A stretch of DNA of 64,000 bases from Nemertoderma westbladi. Taxonomy: Eukaryota; Animalia; Xenacoelomorpha. Numbering within the stretch: position 1 is the first letter of the stretch; every line of letters begins with the position of its first letter. The DNA lies in contig JAUCBJ010007473.1 in assembly GCA_032718475.1 (NCBI GenBank), forward strand, positions 1-64,000, written 5' to 3'. Below, piece by piece: positions 1-12,786 of the stretch. The position numbers were made by a program, and so were the translations under genes. Under the pieces are notes generated by a model. It was not told the DNA's origin. It was given only the letters and a program-made list of their open reading frames with translations, and ran no database searches.

Positions 1-834
1 GTCTCCAGTCTGCCCTACCGGGACAGTCTAGCAAACCGTCGGTTGCCAACATTTCCCTACCCAGTTGCAGCGGAAACTTCCCCTCAATAGGGAAACACAG
101 ACGGCAGTCATCGATTTCCACTAGAAAGTATGAACCGTTAGGAACGCCCTCCGAACCCTTGGGTAGCTCCAATAGTTCCACCCCAGCCGCGGAACAATGT
201 TCATTAACAATATTTTTTATTCTGTGTGTTTTAGGAACCGGTACAACCTGGATCTGTAAGTGAGTTTGTTTAAAGTTCCGTTCAAACGACACAAGTGTCT
301 TACCACGCGACTCGTAGTAACTTAGCAACGCTGTTCTATAACACTCGATCTCTATGGCAACCTCGAAGGTATTTCATTCCCGTTGCTATAGTGACTAATA
401 GGCAGAATAAGGACGTGGTCGGGACAGAGAGGTCCTTTAGCTAAGGCGAGGTAACAATGAGTTCCAACGCTTACCACAAGATGTCGCTCTACTTGCGGAC
501 TAGCTAAACAGAACCAGCAGTCGTCTGAGTTACCGGTTCTAGAACGTTTCTTCGCACTACTTCCGGTTGGGTTTCCGCCTTCCGATTGACGTTTCATTCG
601 TTTAATTTCGGTTTCGTTGAAGAAATACTGACTGGAGGACTCCGGATTGGGTGTCGCTAGGATACCGGCCTCGGTGTAGGGGCATTCCGACGTGCCGTCC
701 GGTTGGTGGGTGAGTTCCGGACGAGTTGTCCGGGACATCGGGCGAATTGAGAAGGCGTATAAATGTTTGTGGGAACTGGAGATGGGCGCGAGGGCGATAA
801 AACGGGTGGGATGGGAGGCGGATTCCTGGAGGAT
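1..834 (-). CDS. CWF19L1: CWF19-like protein 1, exon 3 (end of metallophosphatase-like domain plus CwfJ C-terminal domains); runs off the window; 1-nt frameshift near 365
   Basis: Acceptor ttttag|ATC at 835/834. Translates ILQESASHPTRFIALAP..HLYAFSIRPM..CWFCLASPQVERHLVVSVGTHCYLALAKG..DHVLILPISHY, then after a frame change EVAIEIECYRTALLSYYESRGK..FERNFKQTHLQIQVVPVP..FPLQLGREMLA..ADWR, matching remembered CWF19L1 motifs. Confidence 0.93.
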
Positions 835-1035
835 CTAAAACGGATAGAAATAAACAGTTGAGAGATTGAAATGGAATTGGAAGTCCATTTTCCTAAGCAG
901 CTTAAAAAATCCATATAAGTCAAATAAAAGTGAACAGCCCCTCATGAGATACAATTCTACTAATGTGATGATCTTGGGTTAATTCGATCAGCAATAATTG
1001 ATTTAGACAGAATAAAAACCTTTAACATTTAAGTA

Positions 1036-4000
1036 TCACTGCACACTCTTTATGGTGCCACTGCACACTCTTTATGGTGCCACTGCACACTCTTTATGGT
1101 GCCACTGCACACTCTTTATGGTACCACTGCACACTCTTTATGGTGCCACTGCACACTCTTTATGGTACCACTGCACACTCTTTATGGTGCCACTGCACAC
1201 TCTTTATGGTGCCACTGCACACTCTTTATGGTGCCACTGCACACTCTTTATGGTGCCACTGCACACTCTTTATGGTGCCACTGCACACTCTTTATGGTGC
1301 CACTGCACACTCTTTATGGTGCCACTGCACACTCTTTATGGTGCCACTGCACACTCTTTATGGTGCCACTGCACACTCTTTATGGTGCCACTGCACACTC
1401 TTTATGGTGCCACTGCACACTCTTTATGGTGCCACTGCACACTCTTTATGGTGCCACTGCACACTCTTTATGGTGCCACTGCACACTCTTTATGGTGCCA
1501 CTGCACACTCTTTATGGTGCCACTGCACACTCTTTATGGTGCCACTGCACACTCTTTATGGTGCCACTGCACACTCTTTATGGTGCCACTGCACACTCTT
1601 TATGGTGCCACTGCACACTCTTTATGGTATCACTGCACACTCTTTATGGTGCCACTGCACACTCTTTATGGTGCCACTGCACACTCTTTATGGTGCCACT
1701 GCACACTCTTTATGGTGCCACTGCACACTCTTTATGGTATCACTGCACACTCTTTATGGTGCCACTGCACACTCTTTATGGTGCCACTGCACACTCTTTA
1801 TGGTGCCACTGCACACTCTTTATGGTGCCACTGCACACTCTTTATGGTGCCACTGCACACTCTTTATGGTGCCACTGCACACTCTTTATGGTGCCACTGC
1901 ACACTCTTTATGGTGCCACTGCACACTCTTTATGGTGCCACTGCACACTCTTTATGGTGCCACTGCACACTCTTTATGGTATCACTGCACACTCTTTATG
2001 GTGCCACTGCACACTCTTTATGGTACCACTGCACACTCTTTATGGTGCCACTGCACACTCTTTATGGTGCCACTGCACACTCTTTATGGTGCCACTGCAC
2101 ACTCTTTATGGTGTCACTGCACACTCTTTATGGTGCCACTGCACACTCTTTATGGTATCACTGCACACTCTTTATGGTGCCACTGCACACTCTTTATGGT
2201 GCCACTGCACACTCTTTATGGTGCCACTGCACACTCTTTATGGTGCCACTGCACACTCTTTATGGTGCCACTGCACACTCTTTATGGTACCACTGCACAC
2301 TCTTTATGGTGCCACTGCACACTCTTTATGGTGCCACTGCACACTCTTTATGGTACCACTGCACACTCTTTATGGTGCCACTGCACACTCTTTATGGTGC
2401 CACTGCACACTCTTTATGGTACCACTGCACACTCTTTATGGTGCCACTGCACACTCTTTATGGTGCCACTGCACACTCTTTATGGTACCACTGCACACTC
2501 TTTATGGTGCCACTGCACACTCTTTATGGTGCCACTGCACACTCTTTATGGTGCCACTGCACACTCTTTATGGTATCACTGCACACTCTTTATGGTACCA
2601 CTGCACACTCTTTATGGTGCCACTGCACACTCTTTATGGTGCCACTGCACACTCTTTATGGTATCACTGCACACTCTTTATGGTGCCACTGCACACTCTT
2701 TATGGTACCACTGCACACTCTTTATGGTGCCACTGCACACTCTTTATGGTGCCACTGCACACTCTTTATGGTGCCACTGCACACTCTTTATGGTGTCACT
2801 GCACACTCTTTATGGTGCCACTGTACACTCTTTATGGTATCACTGCACACTCTTTATGGTGCCACTGCACACTCTTTATGGTGCCACTGCACACTCTTTA
2901 TGGTGCCACTGCACACTCTTTATGGTGCCACTGCACACTCTTTATGGTGCCACTGCACACTCTTTATGGTGCCACTGCACACTCTTTATGGTGCCACTGC
3001 ACACTCTTTATGGTGCCACTGCACACTCTTTATGGTGCCACTGCACACTCTTTATGGTGCCACTGCACACTCTTTATGGTACCACTGCACACTCTTTATG
3101 GTGCCACTGCACACTCTTTATGGTGCCACTGCACACTCTTTATGGTATCACTGCACACTCTTTATGGTGCCACTGCACACTCTTTATGGTGCCACTGCAC
3201 ACTCTTTATGGTACCACTGCACACTCTTTATGGTGCCACTGCACACTCTTTATGGTGCCACTGCACACTCTTTATGGTGCCACTGCACACTCTTTATGGT
3301 GCCACTGCACACTCTTTATGGTGCCACTGCACACTCTTTATGGTGCCACTGCACACTCTTTATGGTACCACTGCACACTCTTTATGGTACCACTGCACAC
3401 TCTTTATGGTGCCACTGCACACTCTTTATGGTACCACTGCACACTCTTTATGGTGCCACTGCACACTCTTTATGGTGCCACTGCACACTCTTTATGGTGC
3501 CACTGCACACTCTTTATGGTACCACTGCACACTCTTTATGGTATCACTGCACACTCTTTATGGTGCCACTGCACACTCTTTATGGTGCCACTGCACACTC
3601 TTTATGGTGCCACTGCACACTCTTTATGGTGCCACTGCACACTCTTTATGGTGCCACTGCACACTCTTTATGGTGCCACTGCACACTCTTTATGGTACCA
3701 CTGCACACTCTTTATGGTGCCACTGCACACTCTTTATGGTACCACTGCACACTCTTTATGGTGCCACTGCACACTCTTTATGGTGCCACTGCACACTCTT
3801 TATGGTACCACTGCACACTCTTTATGGTGCCACTGCACACTCTTTATGGTACCACTGCACACTCTTTATGGTGCCACTGCACACTCTTTATGGTGCCACT
3901 GCACACTCTTTATGGTGCCACTGCACACTCTTTATGGTGCCACTGCACACTCTTTATGGTGCCACTGCACACTCTTTATGGTGCCACTGCACACTCTTTA

Positions 4001-6197
4001 TGGTGCCACTGCACACTCTTTATGGTGCCACAGCACACTCTTTATGGTGCCACTGCACACTCTTTATGGTACCACTGCACACTCTTTATGGTGCCACTGC
4101 ACACTCTTTATGGTGCCACTGCACACTCTTTATGGTGCCACTGCACACTCTTTATGGTGCCACTGCACACTCTTTATGGTGCCACTGCACACTCTTTATG
4201 GTACCACTGCACACTCTTTATGGTACCACTGCACACTCTTTATGGTACCACTGCACACTCTTTATGGTGCCACTGCACACTCTTTATGGTGCCACTGCAC
4301 ACTCTTTATGGTGCCACAGCACACTCTTTATGGTGCCACTGCACACTCTTTATGGTGCCACTGCACACTCTTTATGGTACCACTGCACACTCTTTATGGT
4401 ACCACTGCACACTCTTTATGGTGCCACTGCACACTCTTTATGGTACCACTGCACACTCTTTATGGTGCCACTGCACACTCTTTATGGTACCACTGCACAC
4501 TCTTTATGGTGCCACTGCACACTCTTTATGGTGCCACTGCACACTCTTTATGGTGCCACTGCACACTCTTTATGGTGCCACTGCACACTCTTTATGGTGC
4601 CACTGCACACTCTTTATGGTGCCACTGCACACTCTTTATGGTGCCACTGCACACTCTTTATGGTGCCACTGCACACTCTTTATGGTACCACTGCACACTC
4701 TTTATGGTACCACTGCACACTCTTTATGGTACCACTGCACACTCTTTATGGTGCCACAGCACACTCTTTATGGTATCACTGCACACTCTTTATGGTGCCA
4801 CTGCACACTCTTTATGGTACCACTGCACACTCTTTATGGTGCCACTGCACACTCTTTATGGTGCCACTGCACACTCTTTATGGTGCCACTGCACACTCTT
4901 TATGGTGCCACTGCACACTCTTTATGGTGCCACTGCACACTCTTTATGGTGCCACTGCACACTCTTTATGGTACCACTGCACACTCTTTATGGTACCACT
5001 GCACACTCTTTATGGTACCACTGCACACTCTTTATGGTGCCACTGCACACTCTTTATGGTGCCACTGCACACTCTTTATGGTGCCACTGCACACTCTTTA
5101 TGGTGCCACTGCACACTCTTTATGGTGCCACTGCACACTCTTTATGGTGCCACTGCACACTCTTTATGGTACCACTGCACACTCTTTATGGTGCCACTGC
5201 ACACTCTTTATGGTGCCACTGCACACTCTTTATGGTGCCACTGCACACTCTTTATGGTGCCACTGCACACTCTTTATGGTACCACTGCACACTCTTTATG
5301 GTACCACTGCACACTCTTTATGGTACCACTGCACACTCTTTATGGTGCCACAGCACACTCTTTATGGTGCCACTGCACACTCTTTATGGTGCCACTGCAC
5401 ACTCTTTATGGTACCACTGCACACTCTTTATGGTGCCACTGCACACTCTTTATGGTGCCACTGCACACTCTTTATGGTGCCACTGCACACTCTTTATGGT
5501 ACCACTGCACACTCTTTATGGTGCCACTGCACACTCTTTATGGTATCACTGCACACTCTTTATGGTACCACTGCACACTCTTTATGGTACCACTGCACAC
5601 TCTTTATGGTACCACTGCACACTCTTTATGGTACCACTGCACACTCTTTATGGTGCCACTGCACACTCTTTATGGTGCCACAGCACACTCTTTATGGTGC
5701 CACTGCACACTCTTTATGGTACCACTGCACACTCTTTATGGTACCACTGCACACTCTTTATGGTACCACTGCACACTCTTTATGGTACCACTACACACTC
5801 TTTATGGTCCACTGCACACTCTTTATGGTGCCACGCACACTCTTTATGGTGCCACTGCACACTCTTTATGGTGCCACTGCACACTCTTTATGGTGCCACT
5901 GCACACTCTTTATGGTACCACTGCACACTCTTTATGGTACCACTGCACACTCTTTATGGTGCCACTGCACACTCTTTATGGTGCCACAGCACACTCTTTA
6001 TGGTGCCACTGCACACTCTTTATGGTGCCACTGCACACTCTTTATGGTGCCACTGCACACTCTTTATGGTACCACTGCACACTCTTTATGGTACCACTGC
6101 ACACTCTTTATGGTGCCACTGCACACTCTTTATGGTGCCACTGCACACTCTTTATGGTATCACTGCACACTCTTTATGGTGCCACTGCAAACTCTTT
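1036..6197. repeat. 22-bp satellite (CACTGCACACTCTTTATGGTGC)n, about 235 copies, in CWF19L1 intron 2
   Basis: Directly visible tandem array with few variants (GTAC, GTAT, CACAG). The monomer has no plus-strand stop codon, hence the three long ORFs. Confidence 0.99.
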
Positions 6198-6393
6198 ATA
6201 ATAATAATAATAATAATAATAATTTATTTATAACGCGCCTTTTAAGGGCAATAAATCAAGGCGCAGGTACGCGTACACAATTAGTTAATTACGTATTCTA
6301 ACGAAAAGTAGTGTGTTTTCAGCCGCGACTTAAACAATTCCACGGTGTGTGCACTGCGGACCGAATAAGGGAGAGCGTTCCATAAACGGGGCT
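6198..6393 (-). mobile_element. L2/CR1-group LINE, extreme 3' fragment with (ATT)n tail
   Basis: Minus strand reads PRLWNALPYSVRSAHTVELFKSRLKTHYF (typical L2 ORF2 C-terminus), then a short 3' UTR and (ATT)n. Confidence 0.8.
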
Positions 6394-6615
6394 ATTAGCC
6401 GCTATTATCGAAAATTCATGTTTTTTTGTATTTTTTAATCAGAAATTATTGACATAAAATTGGGTTGTTCAGATATGAACTACAATTCTACCACCTAGTT
6501 GTGGCAGGGGTGGGGGCGGGTTGGAGGGCGGGTATTGGGGGGTGTAATCTGCTGGGTCCATGTGGTGTAGAGCTGTCGACACATATCCATTCACTCTGAA
6601 TGTACTGACACAAAC

Positions 6616-7106
6616 CTTGTGGTTTCTATACGGGAGTCTCTCATAATAAATTCCGTGTTTCCCCGCTAAATGGTATCGTGGACGCAGCGCTAAGGCAACA
6701 TCTCCCAGCAACGGCGACCCAGTATCCATGGAAACGTCGGGTTTACCAGCGAACTTGGCGACGCCACGGGGCCACTCCGAGGTGAGCAGAAGGTCTACGC
6801 CGACGAACCGCGGGTCGCAGGTAAGGTTCCCTATGAGATTGGAGCACGCCTCCTTGCGGAGAATGCAGGTATCGGAGAGGGCGGAGTCCGCGCCGCTGAG
6901 GTAGGCGATGAGGAGACCCTGGGCGGTGCGCCAATAGCCGGAGACTCCAAGGTAGAAGAGGTTTGGACACAGCTCTCTGCCGCCAATGCCTTCCGCGAAC
7001 CGAGCAGCACCCTCCCCGCTATCGTTATCGCGCTGTTGGTAAAACTTTACCAATTCCGGCTGGTTGGGCCCGAGAATAAATGTGGCGATCGGGATTACTT
7101 TTTCTC
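6616..7106 (-). CDS. CWF19L1: CWF19-like protein 1, exon 2 (metallophosphatase-like domain)
   Basis: Acceptor ttttag|GA at 7107/7106, donor AAG|gtttgt at 6616/6615. Translates EKVIPIATFILGPN..ELCPNLFYLG..GLLIAYLSG..GVDLLLTSEWPRGV..LRPRYHLAG..YYERLPYRNHK. Phases are compatible with exons 1 and 3. Confidence 0.93.
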
Positions 7107-7389
7107 CTAAAATGTTAATTTATTAACTTTATAATTACAAATAACAGAATAATGTTGGACTGCAGATATTGAAGTAGGCCTACCTGTATTAATTACCGTA
7201 TTTCCCGCAAGATAAATAATGCAGAATATTATTTTTACTATACTATGCTCGATATATTTTATTTAACCAGTGTAAATCTGTACAGGACAGCAGAACAGAA
7301 TACGCCTTTCATTTCGGTACCGGTACCCTGGTACCTGTGATATAGGCCTACTGACATACTGCGGACCTACCCTGCGAGCGTACCGGTAC

Positions 7390-7606
7390 CTGTGATATAC
7401 TGATTCCATTCAGCCTCTGCTTCTCGCGAACACCCGAAAAAATCACCAACGCAATAAAGTGTATCAATATCTGGTTGTTTCTTCAGTATCTTGTATACTT
7501 TCTTGTATAGCTGATTTAAATTCCCCTCCACATCTCCAACCACCAACACCTTGACACTATCAGAGCTACTGGTAGTGTTGCTACAGCTACTGTCATATTT
7601 GGACAT
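7390..7606 (-). CDS. CWF19L1: CWF19-like protein 1, first coding exon
   Basis: ATG at 7606, KVLVVGDVEGNLNQLYKKV..LYCVGDFFG..EWNQYITG. Donor ACAG|gtaccg (phase 1) joins exon 2 in frame. Confidence 0.9.
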
Positions 7607-7715
7607 ACTATCGCCAATCTGCCTACTCAGCTAGGCCTACTACTCTACTGTTGCTTACAGCTACAGAGCTATACATAAATCAGTGAGTCCAGAGTCAGCC
7701 GAGTCAGAGAAAAAG

Positions 7716-7980
7716 GGGTAAATCTTTTCGACCTACGCGTAGGCCTACGCGTAGCTACGCGTAGCTACGTATATGCATGCATACTTATGGGTAGCACCTA
7801 CGCGTAGTTATACGTAGCACATACGCGTAGGTCGTGTAGGACCTACGCGTAGCTACGCGTAGCACCTACGCGGCTACGCGTAGTTACTGTTAAAACTCTG
7901 AAACTGGTGATATATGACCCAATGTTGCGAACTACGCGTAGCTACGCGTAGTCCTACGCGTAGGTCGAAAAGATTTACCC
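7716..7980. mobile_element. MITE with long TIRs (GGGTAAATCTTTTCGACCTACGCGTAGG) and internal TACGCGTA repeats
   Basis: Inverted termini at 7716 and 7980, flanked on both sides by GAAAAAG (7-bp TSD). Confidence 0.85.
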
Positions 7981-8189
7981 GAAAAAGATGTCTGCAAAAT
8001 GGTCAGATGGTAGGCCTAGGCCTACTACAAAGTTATTGCAGCTGGAAAATGATTCTATCTGCAGCCGATATATTGCATTACTGCATTAGGCCTATCAGCC
8101 TATGCCTGTATACTGATGTACTGTAACAGTACCGGTAGTATAGTAGTCCTTGGGGCTACCTCATCCCCGACTGCAATACATAACATATA

Positions 8190-9306
8190 CCAGTTAAGCA
8201 GTGCGAGTCGTCTACGTAATCAAGTCGATGCACTCCAACGCAAGTGCATCAGGTTCTGCCTGGGACTTGACTCTCGAGCGAATATTGGTGCTGCCCATTT
8301 TGTAGATATAAACTGGCTTCCAATTACCGAACGTACCCACCAGATAATATTAACCCACATGTTTAATATCCACGCAAAGACAGCCCCGGCTTATATGCGC
8401 GACATGGTTATTTTTACTGAACCTTCTCACCTCCTACGTAACGGAGCCACACACGCTTTACTACCCCAGAAACACACGGTAGCAGCCACACAGTCGTTCT
8501 CCTACCTTGGCCCATATCTGTGGAATAAACTCCCCAATGCGATCAAAGAAATTAGAAGTGTGGAAAGTTTTAAGCATAAGTTAAAGGATCACTTTTTAGA
8601 ACTTTTATCCACCAATGAATTGTCGTCATATAAGTAACTTATAATTTTTTACCATCGATATTTTATATTTTATATCATTTTACCTTCCACATTAACTCAA
8701 ACAAAAGATTGAAGATCCATTTTTAGAATTTTTATTTAATAGTAAATGTTTTATATTTTTGATTTATACATTATTTTAGAATTTTTATCCTGCACGAGAG
8801 CACGACCTTATACCTTTTATTCTAAACCCCAATCTACAGGACCCCTGTGGAAATGAGACTATGTCTCTCAGGGTAATCCTGGACAAACAAAGCTTACACT
8901 ATGACGATTCAGAACTATTTACTCTACTCTGCCGTGCAATTACTGCTCTATACTGTATAAAATATATTATAATTTTTAATTATTTTTGCATTCCCAAATA
9001 TGGTGCGTCACCTTAACCTTCTTAATTTTTCGGTATATTTCTGAATTTATCACCTCTGTTTTTTTAACTTTTATACACTTGCCTAACCGAAACACGTTTT
9101 TAGCCTGACAGAATTATATAATTGTTTAATTTGAACTACAAACCGAAAGAAAATAATTGTATCTAATTTAATTTATGTACGTAATTTGCACTCTGCCTTA
9201 CCATACAGTATATAATTTTCTTAATGGTTGTGTTTATATCTACTTATATGTCGGTATGTCTATACTTTACTTCGTTTGTCAAATAAATAATTCCAATTCC
9301 AATTCC
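8190..9306 (+). mobile_element. 5'-truncated CR1/L2-group LINE (ORF2 C-terminus, 3' UTR, (AATTCC)n tail)
   Basis: LQRKCIRFCL..INWLPI..SFSYLGPYLWNKLPNAIKEIRSVESFKHKLK, then AATAAA and an (AATTCC)n tail at ~9281-9306. Confidence 0.8.
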
Positions 9307-9744
9307 AAGCCCCGTTCACATCCAACGGAACGGTACACCGCGCGGTGTACCGCAGGCCCAGCGGTACACCGCTGAGTGTGAACGACCCTGCGGTTTTCGA
9401 GCGGTGTCTGTGCGGTAAATGATTTTGATTACCGCTGACATGAACGACCCAACAGGTAGTTGTGCGGTACACCGCGCGGTTTACCGCAGCCCATTGAAAT
9501 AATGTTAATAAAATTATTGTCTAGACTGTTGAATTAACTGTGAACAGATATAGACGACAATTTACCGCAACGGTACCGCTGCGGTTCCGCTGCGGTTACC
9601 GCGCGGTTTACCGCTGGATTTAGAAACATGTTCTAATTACAGATTTACCGCACAGCTTATTCTATGGGGAAGTACATAAACCCACTCTTATGTGACTATT
9701 ATTATTATTGTTGTTGTTTAAATAATTTGGCGGGGAATTCAATT

Positions 9745-9998
9745 GTAGTAATACTGCCGGTTATCTCCTAATCCCTTCATTAGTTTGGAACGAGAGAAGA
9801 CCCCAGCATCTCCCTCACGTCCGTAGCTCCCAATTTCTATGTACCGGTACGTAAAGCGGCATTTCGCATCGCAAACTGCCAGCATTATAGTGCTGAAATA
9901 GTCCTTATAATTGTAGAACAAGGATCCCGACGGATCCCGAAGGATCCCCAAGGATCCCGACGAATTTGGGCATTGAATTTCAAAATGTTTCCCGTCAA
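9745..9998 (-). pseudogene. Harbinger (HARBI1-like) DDE transposase fragment
   Basis: IDGKHFEIQCPNSSGS..LFYNYKDYFSTIMLAVCDAKCRFTY..IEIGSYGREGDAGVF motifs. Confidence 0.85.
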
Positions 9999-10198
9999 TA
10001 TATCTGGTAAAACCCCTTAAGTCGATTTTTGGCCATTTTCAGGTTTTTGGTGATTCTGGTACCTTAGATTGATATCCACCATCTGACAAAACCCCACAGA
10101 TTAAAACCACATTAACGGAGAAAAATGCAAAATAAGATCCCGTCTAAATATCGCTTGATCTGTTAAAACCCCCTAAGTAGGAAAAAAAACTCTGTTTA

Positions 10199-10590
10199 GG
10201 GGCCGTCCAAGTATGACGTCAGCACTTTAGGGGGGGGGGGGGAGGGGGGTTGGGAAAATCTGATGACGTGCTGATGAGGGGAGGGGAGGGAGTCAGCCAA
10301 AATCTGACGTCAGCATGTTCATTTATAGGTGCTAGAAGAGATATAGCAGAAGAGTAAATAGCTTGCCTATTTTAATTGTTCGAAGCCCCCCCGAAGGCCC
10401 GTAGCACGACCTTCTGTTTCAGTTACCAGTCACCATGTTTCAGTGATTAGGACGCAAACATTTTTTTAATCTGATTTAGGGGAGGGGGGGGGGGGGGGGG
10501 GGTCAACGCCTATCTGATGACATCTGATTTAGGGGAGGGAGGGGGTCAACATTTTGGGGAAAAGTGCAGACGTCATACTTGGACGGCCCC
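10199..10590. mobile_element. MITE with TIRs GGGGCCGTCCAAGTATGACGTC
   Basis: 22-bp perfect inverted termini, flanked by tta/taa (TA or TWA target). Confidence 0.85.
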
Positions 10591-10909
10591 TAAGCACCTT
10601 CAATATGGGATTTGATTTCTGATAAAACCCCTTAAATTAGATATTATGGGATTTCTTATTAGTTAAATGTCAGAGGGACTTTTAATGATTCGTTCTGATA
10701 AAACACCGAAAATGCCAGTTTGCCACAATATGATAGGATAATTGGCCTTGGAATAATTAATGGAGTGAGTTTTGAAGTAGGTCTACGGTATTAGTATTAG
10801 AATGAATAGGTTGCCTACTCAACACCTAACATTATATTTAAATAGCTGAAAATTTGTAAAGCTTATTTTAACCTTTGGCGAAAATCTGGGGGGGGGGGGT
10901 ACATGTACA

Positions 10910-11136
10910 CTACTACTACTAGGATCGGCACGCTTCATTGCAGGTGCATTTTAAGAATGCTGTGCCGGCTTGTATACAAAATTGCGCCGCCACAACTCCC
11001 TATCACCCATGACATTTGCTAGATCATCCGCATCTCCAAGGCCAGTGTCCTTTGAAATGCGTCTCAAGAAAGTCATGGGCTGTCCACCATCAGACCATGC
11101 TTATTCGCTCCATGAGACTGCCAAAGTACAAGATTA
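10910..11136 (-). mobile_element. RTE LINE (family A) 3' end
   Basis: Reverse-complement match to ~37825-38015, ending in (TAG)n on the minus strand. Confidence 0.8.
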
Positions 11137-11199
11137 TTTTCAAGTCTACTGGTCAATTTACAAGTTACTTATATAACTGTAGATATCCTCTAGTAGTGA

Positions 11200-11518
11200 G
11201 TGTAGCCAGAGCTTTAAACGCCGAGCTTTATGGTACAATACCACCTGTATCAACCACCCTCCGTGAACGCAGATTAAGATTCAGTGGGCACTGCTGGCGA
11301 AGTAAAGACGAGGTCATACCAGATCTACTTATCTGGCAACCAACTCATGGAAAGCGTAGTCGTGGACGACCGGCCATAACATATATAAATCAACTTGAAA
11401 GGGATACTGAACTTGGGAGAAACGAAATTGCGACAACTATGGAGAATCGGGAAGCCTGGAAGGATCTCATTTCCACTGTCCGAGTTCGCTCGACCTAGTA
11501 GTAGTAGTAGTAGTAGTA
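11200..11518 (+). mobile_element. RTE LINE (family B) 3' end with (TAG)n tail
   Basis: LYGTIPPVSTTLRERRLRFSGHCWR..LLIWQP..RGRP..MENREAW..VRVRST*, followed by (TAG)n. Confidence 0.88.
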
Positions 11519-12785
11519 AGTGTAGCTGGAGATGTTCAACCGGGAGTGAGTGTAACTGACGATGTTCAATCAGTTGTGAGTGTAGCTGGAGATGTTCAAC
11601 CGGTAGTGAGTATAGCTGGAGATGTTCTAACGGTAGTGTGTGTAGCTGGAGATGTTCAACCGGTAGTGTGTATAGCTGGAGATGTTCAACCGGTAGTGAG
11701 TGTAGCTGGAGATGTTCAACCGGTAGTGAGCATAACTGGAGATGTTCAACCGGTAGTGAGTGTAACTGACGATGTTCAATCAGTTGTGAGTGTAGCTGGA
11801 GATGTTCAACCAGTAGTGAGATAGCTGGAGATGTTCAACCGGTAGTGAGTATAACTGGAGATGTTCAACCGGTAGTGAGTGTAACTGAAGATGTTCAATC
11901 AGTTGTGAGTGTAGCTGGAAATGTTCAACCGGTAGTGAGTGTAACTGACGATGTTCAATCAGTTGTGATCGTAGCTGGAGATGTTCAACCGGTAGTGAGT
12001 ATAGCTGGAGATGTTCAACCGGTAGTGAGTATAACTGGAGATGTTCAACCGGTAGTGAGTATCTGAAGATGTTTAATCAGTTGTGAGTGTAGCTGGAGAT
12101 GTTCAACCGGTAGTGAGTATAGCTGGAGATGTTCAACCGGTAGTGAGTATAGCTTGAGATGTTCAACCGGTCGTGAGTGTAACTGACGATGTTCAATCAG
12201 TTGTGAGTGTAGCTGGAGATGTTCAACCGGTAGTGAGTATCTGAAGATGTTCAATCAGTTGTGAGTGTAGCTGGAGATGTTCAACCGGTAGTGAGTGTAA
12301 CTGACGATGTTCAATCAGTTGTGAGTGTAGCTGGAGATGTTCAACCAGTAGTGAGATAGCTGGAGATGTTCAACCGGTAGTGAGTATAACTGGAGATGTT
12401 CAACCGGTAGTGAGTGTAACTGAAGATGTTCAATCAGTTGTGAGTGTAGCTGGAAATGTTCAACCGGTAGTGAGTGTAACTGACGATGTTCAATCAGTTG
12501 TGATCGTAGCTGGAGATGTTCAACCGGTAGTGAGTATAGCTGGAGATGTTCAACCGGTAGTGAGTATAACTGGAGATGTTCAACCGGTAGTGAGTATCTG
12601 AAGATGTTTAATCAGTTGTGAGTGTAGCTGGAGATGTTCAACCGGTAGTGAGTATAGCTGGAGATGTTCAACCGGTAGTGAGTATAGCTTGAGATGTTCA
12701 ACCGGTAGTGAGTATAGCTTGAGATGTTCAACCGGTAGTGAGTGTAACTGACGATGTTCAATCAGTTGTGAGTGTAGCTGGAGAT
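11519..12785. repeat. 30-bp satellite (GTGTAGCTGGAGATGTTCAACCGGTAGTGA)n, about 42 copies
   Basis: Visible tandem array with an internal duplication at 535-bp offset. Confidence 0.97.
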
Positions 12786-12786
12786 G

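Noticed and set aside
1052-6301. Three ~1700-aa His/Cys-rich ORFs
   Set aside because: Artefact of a stop-free 22-bp monomer cycling through all three frames; intronic and antisense to CWF19L1.
11546-12601. VQPVVSVAGD repeat protein
   Set aside because: Translation of a 30-bp satellite with frame-breaking indels; no start codon or splice context.
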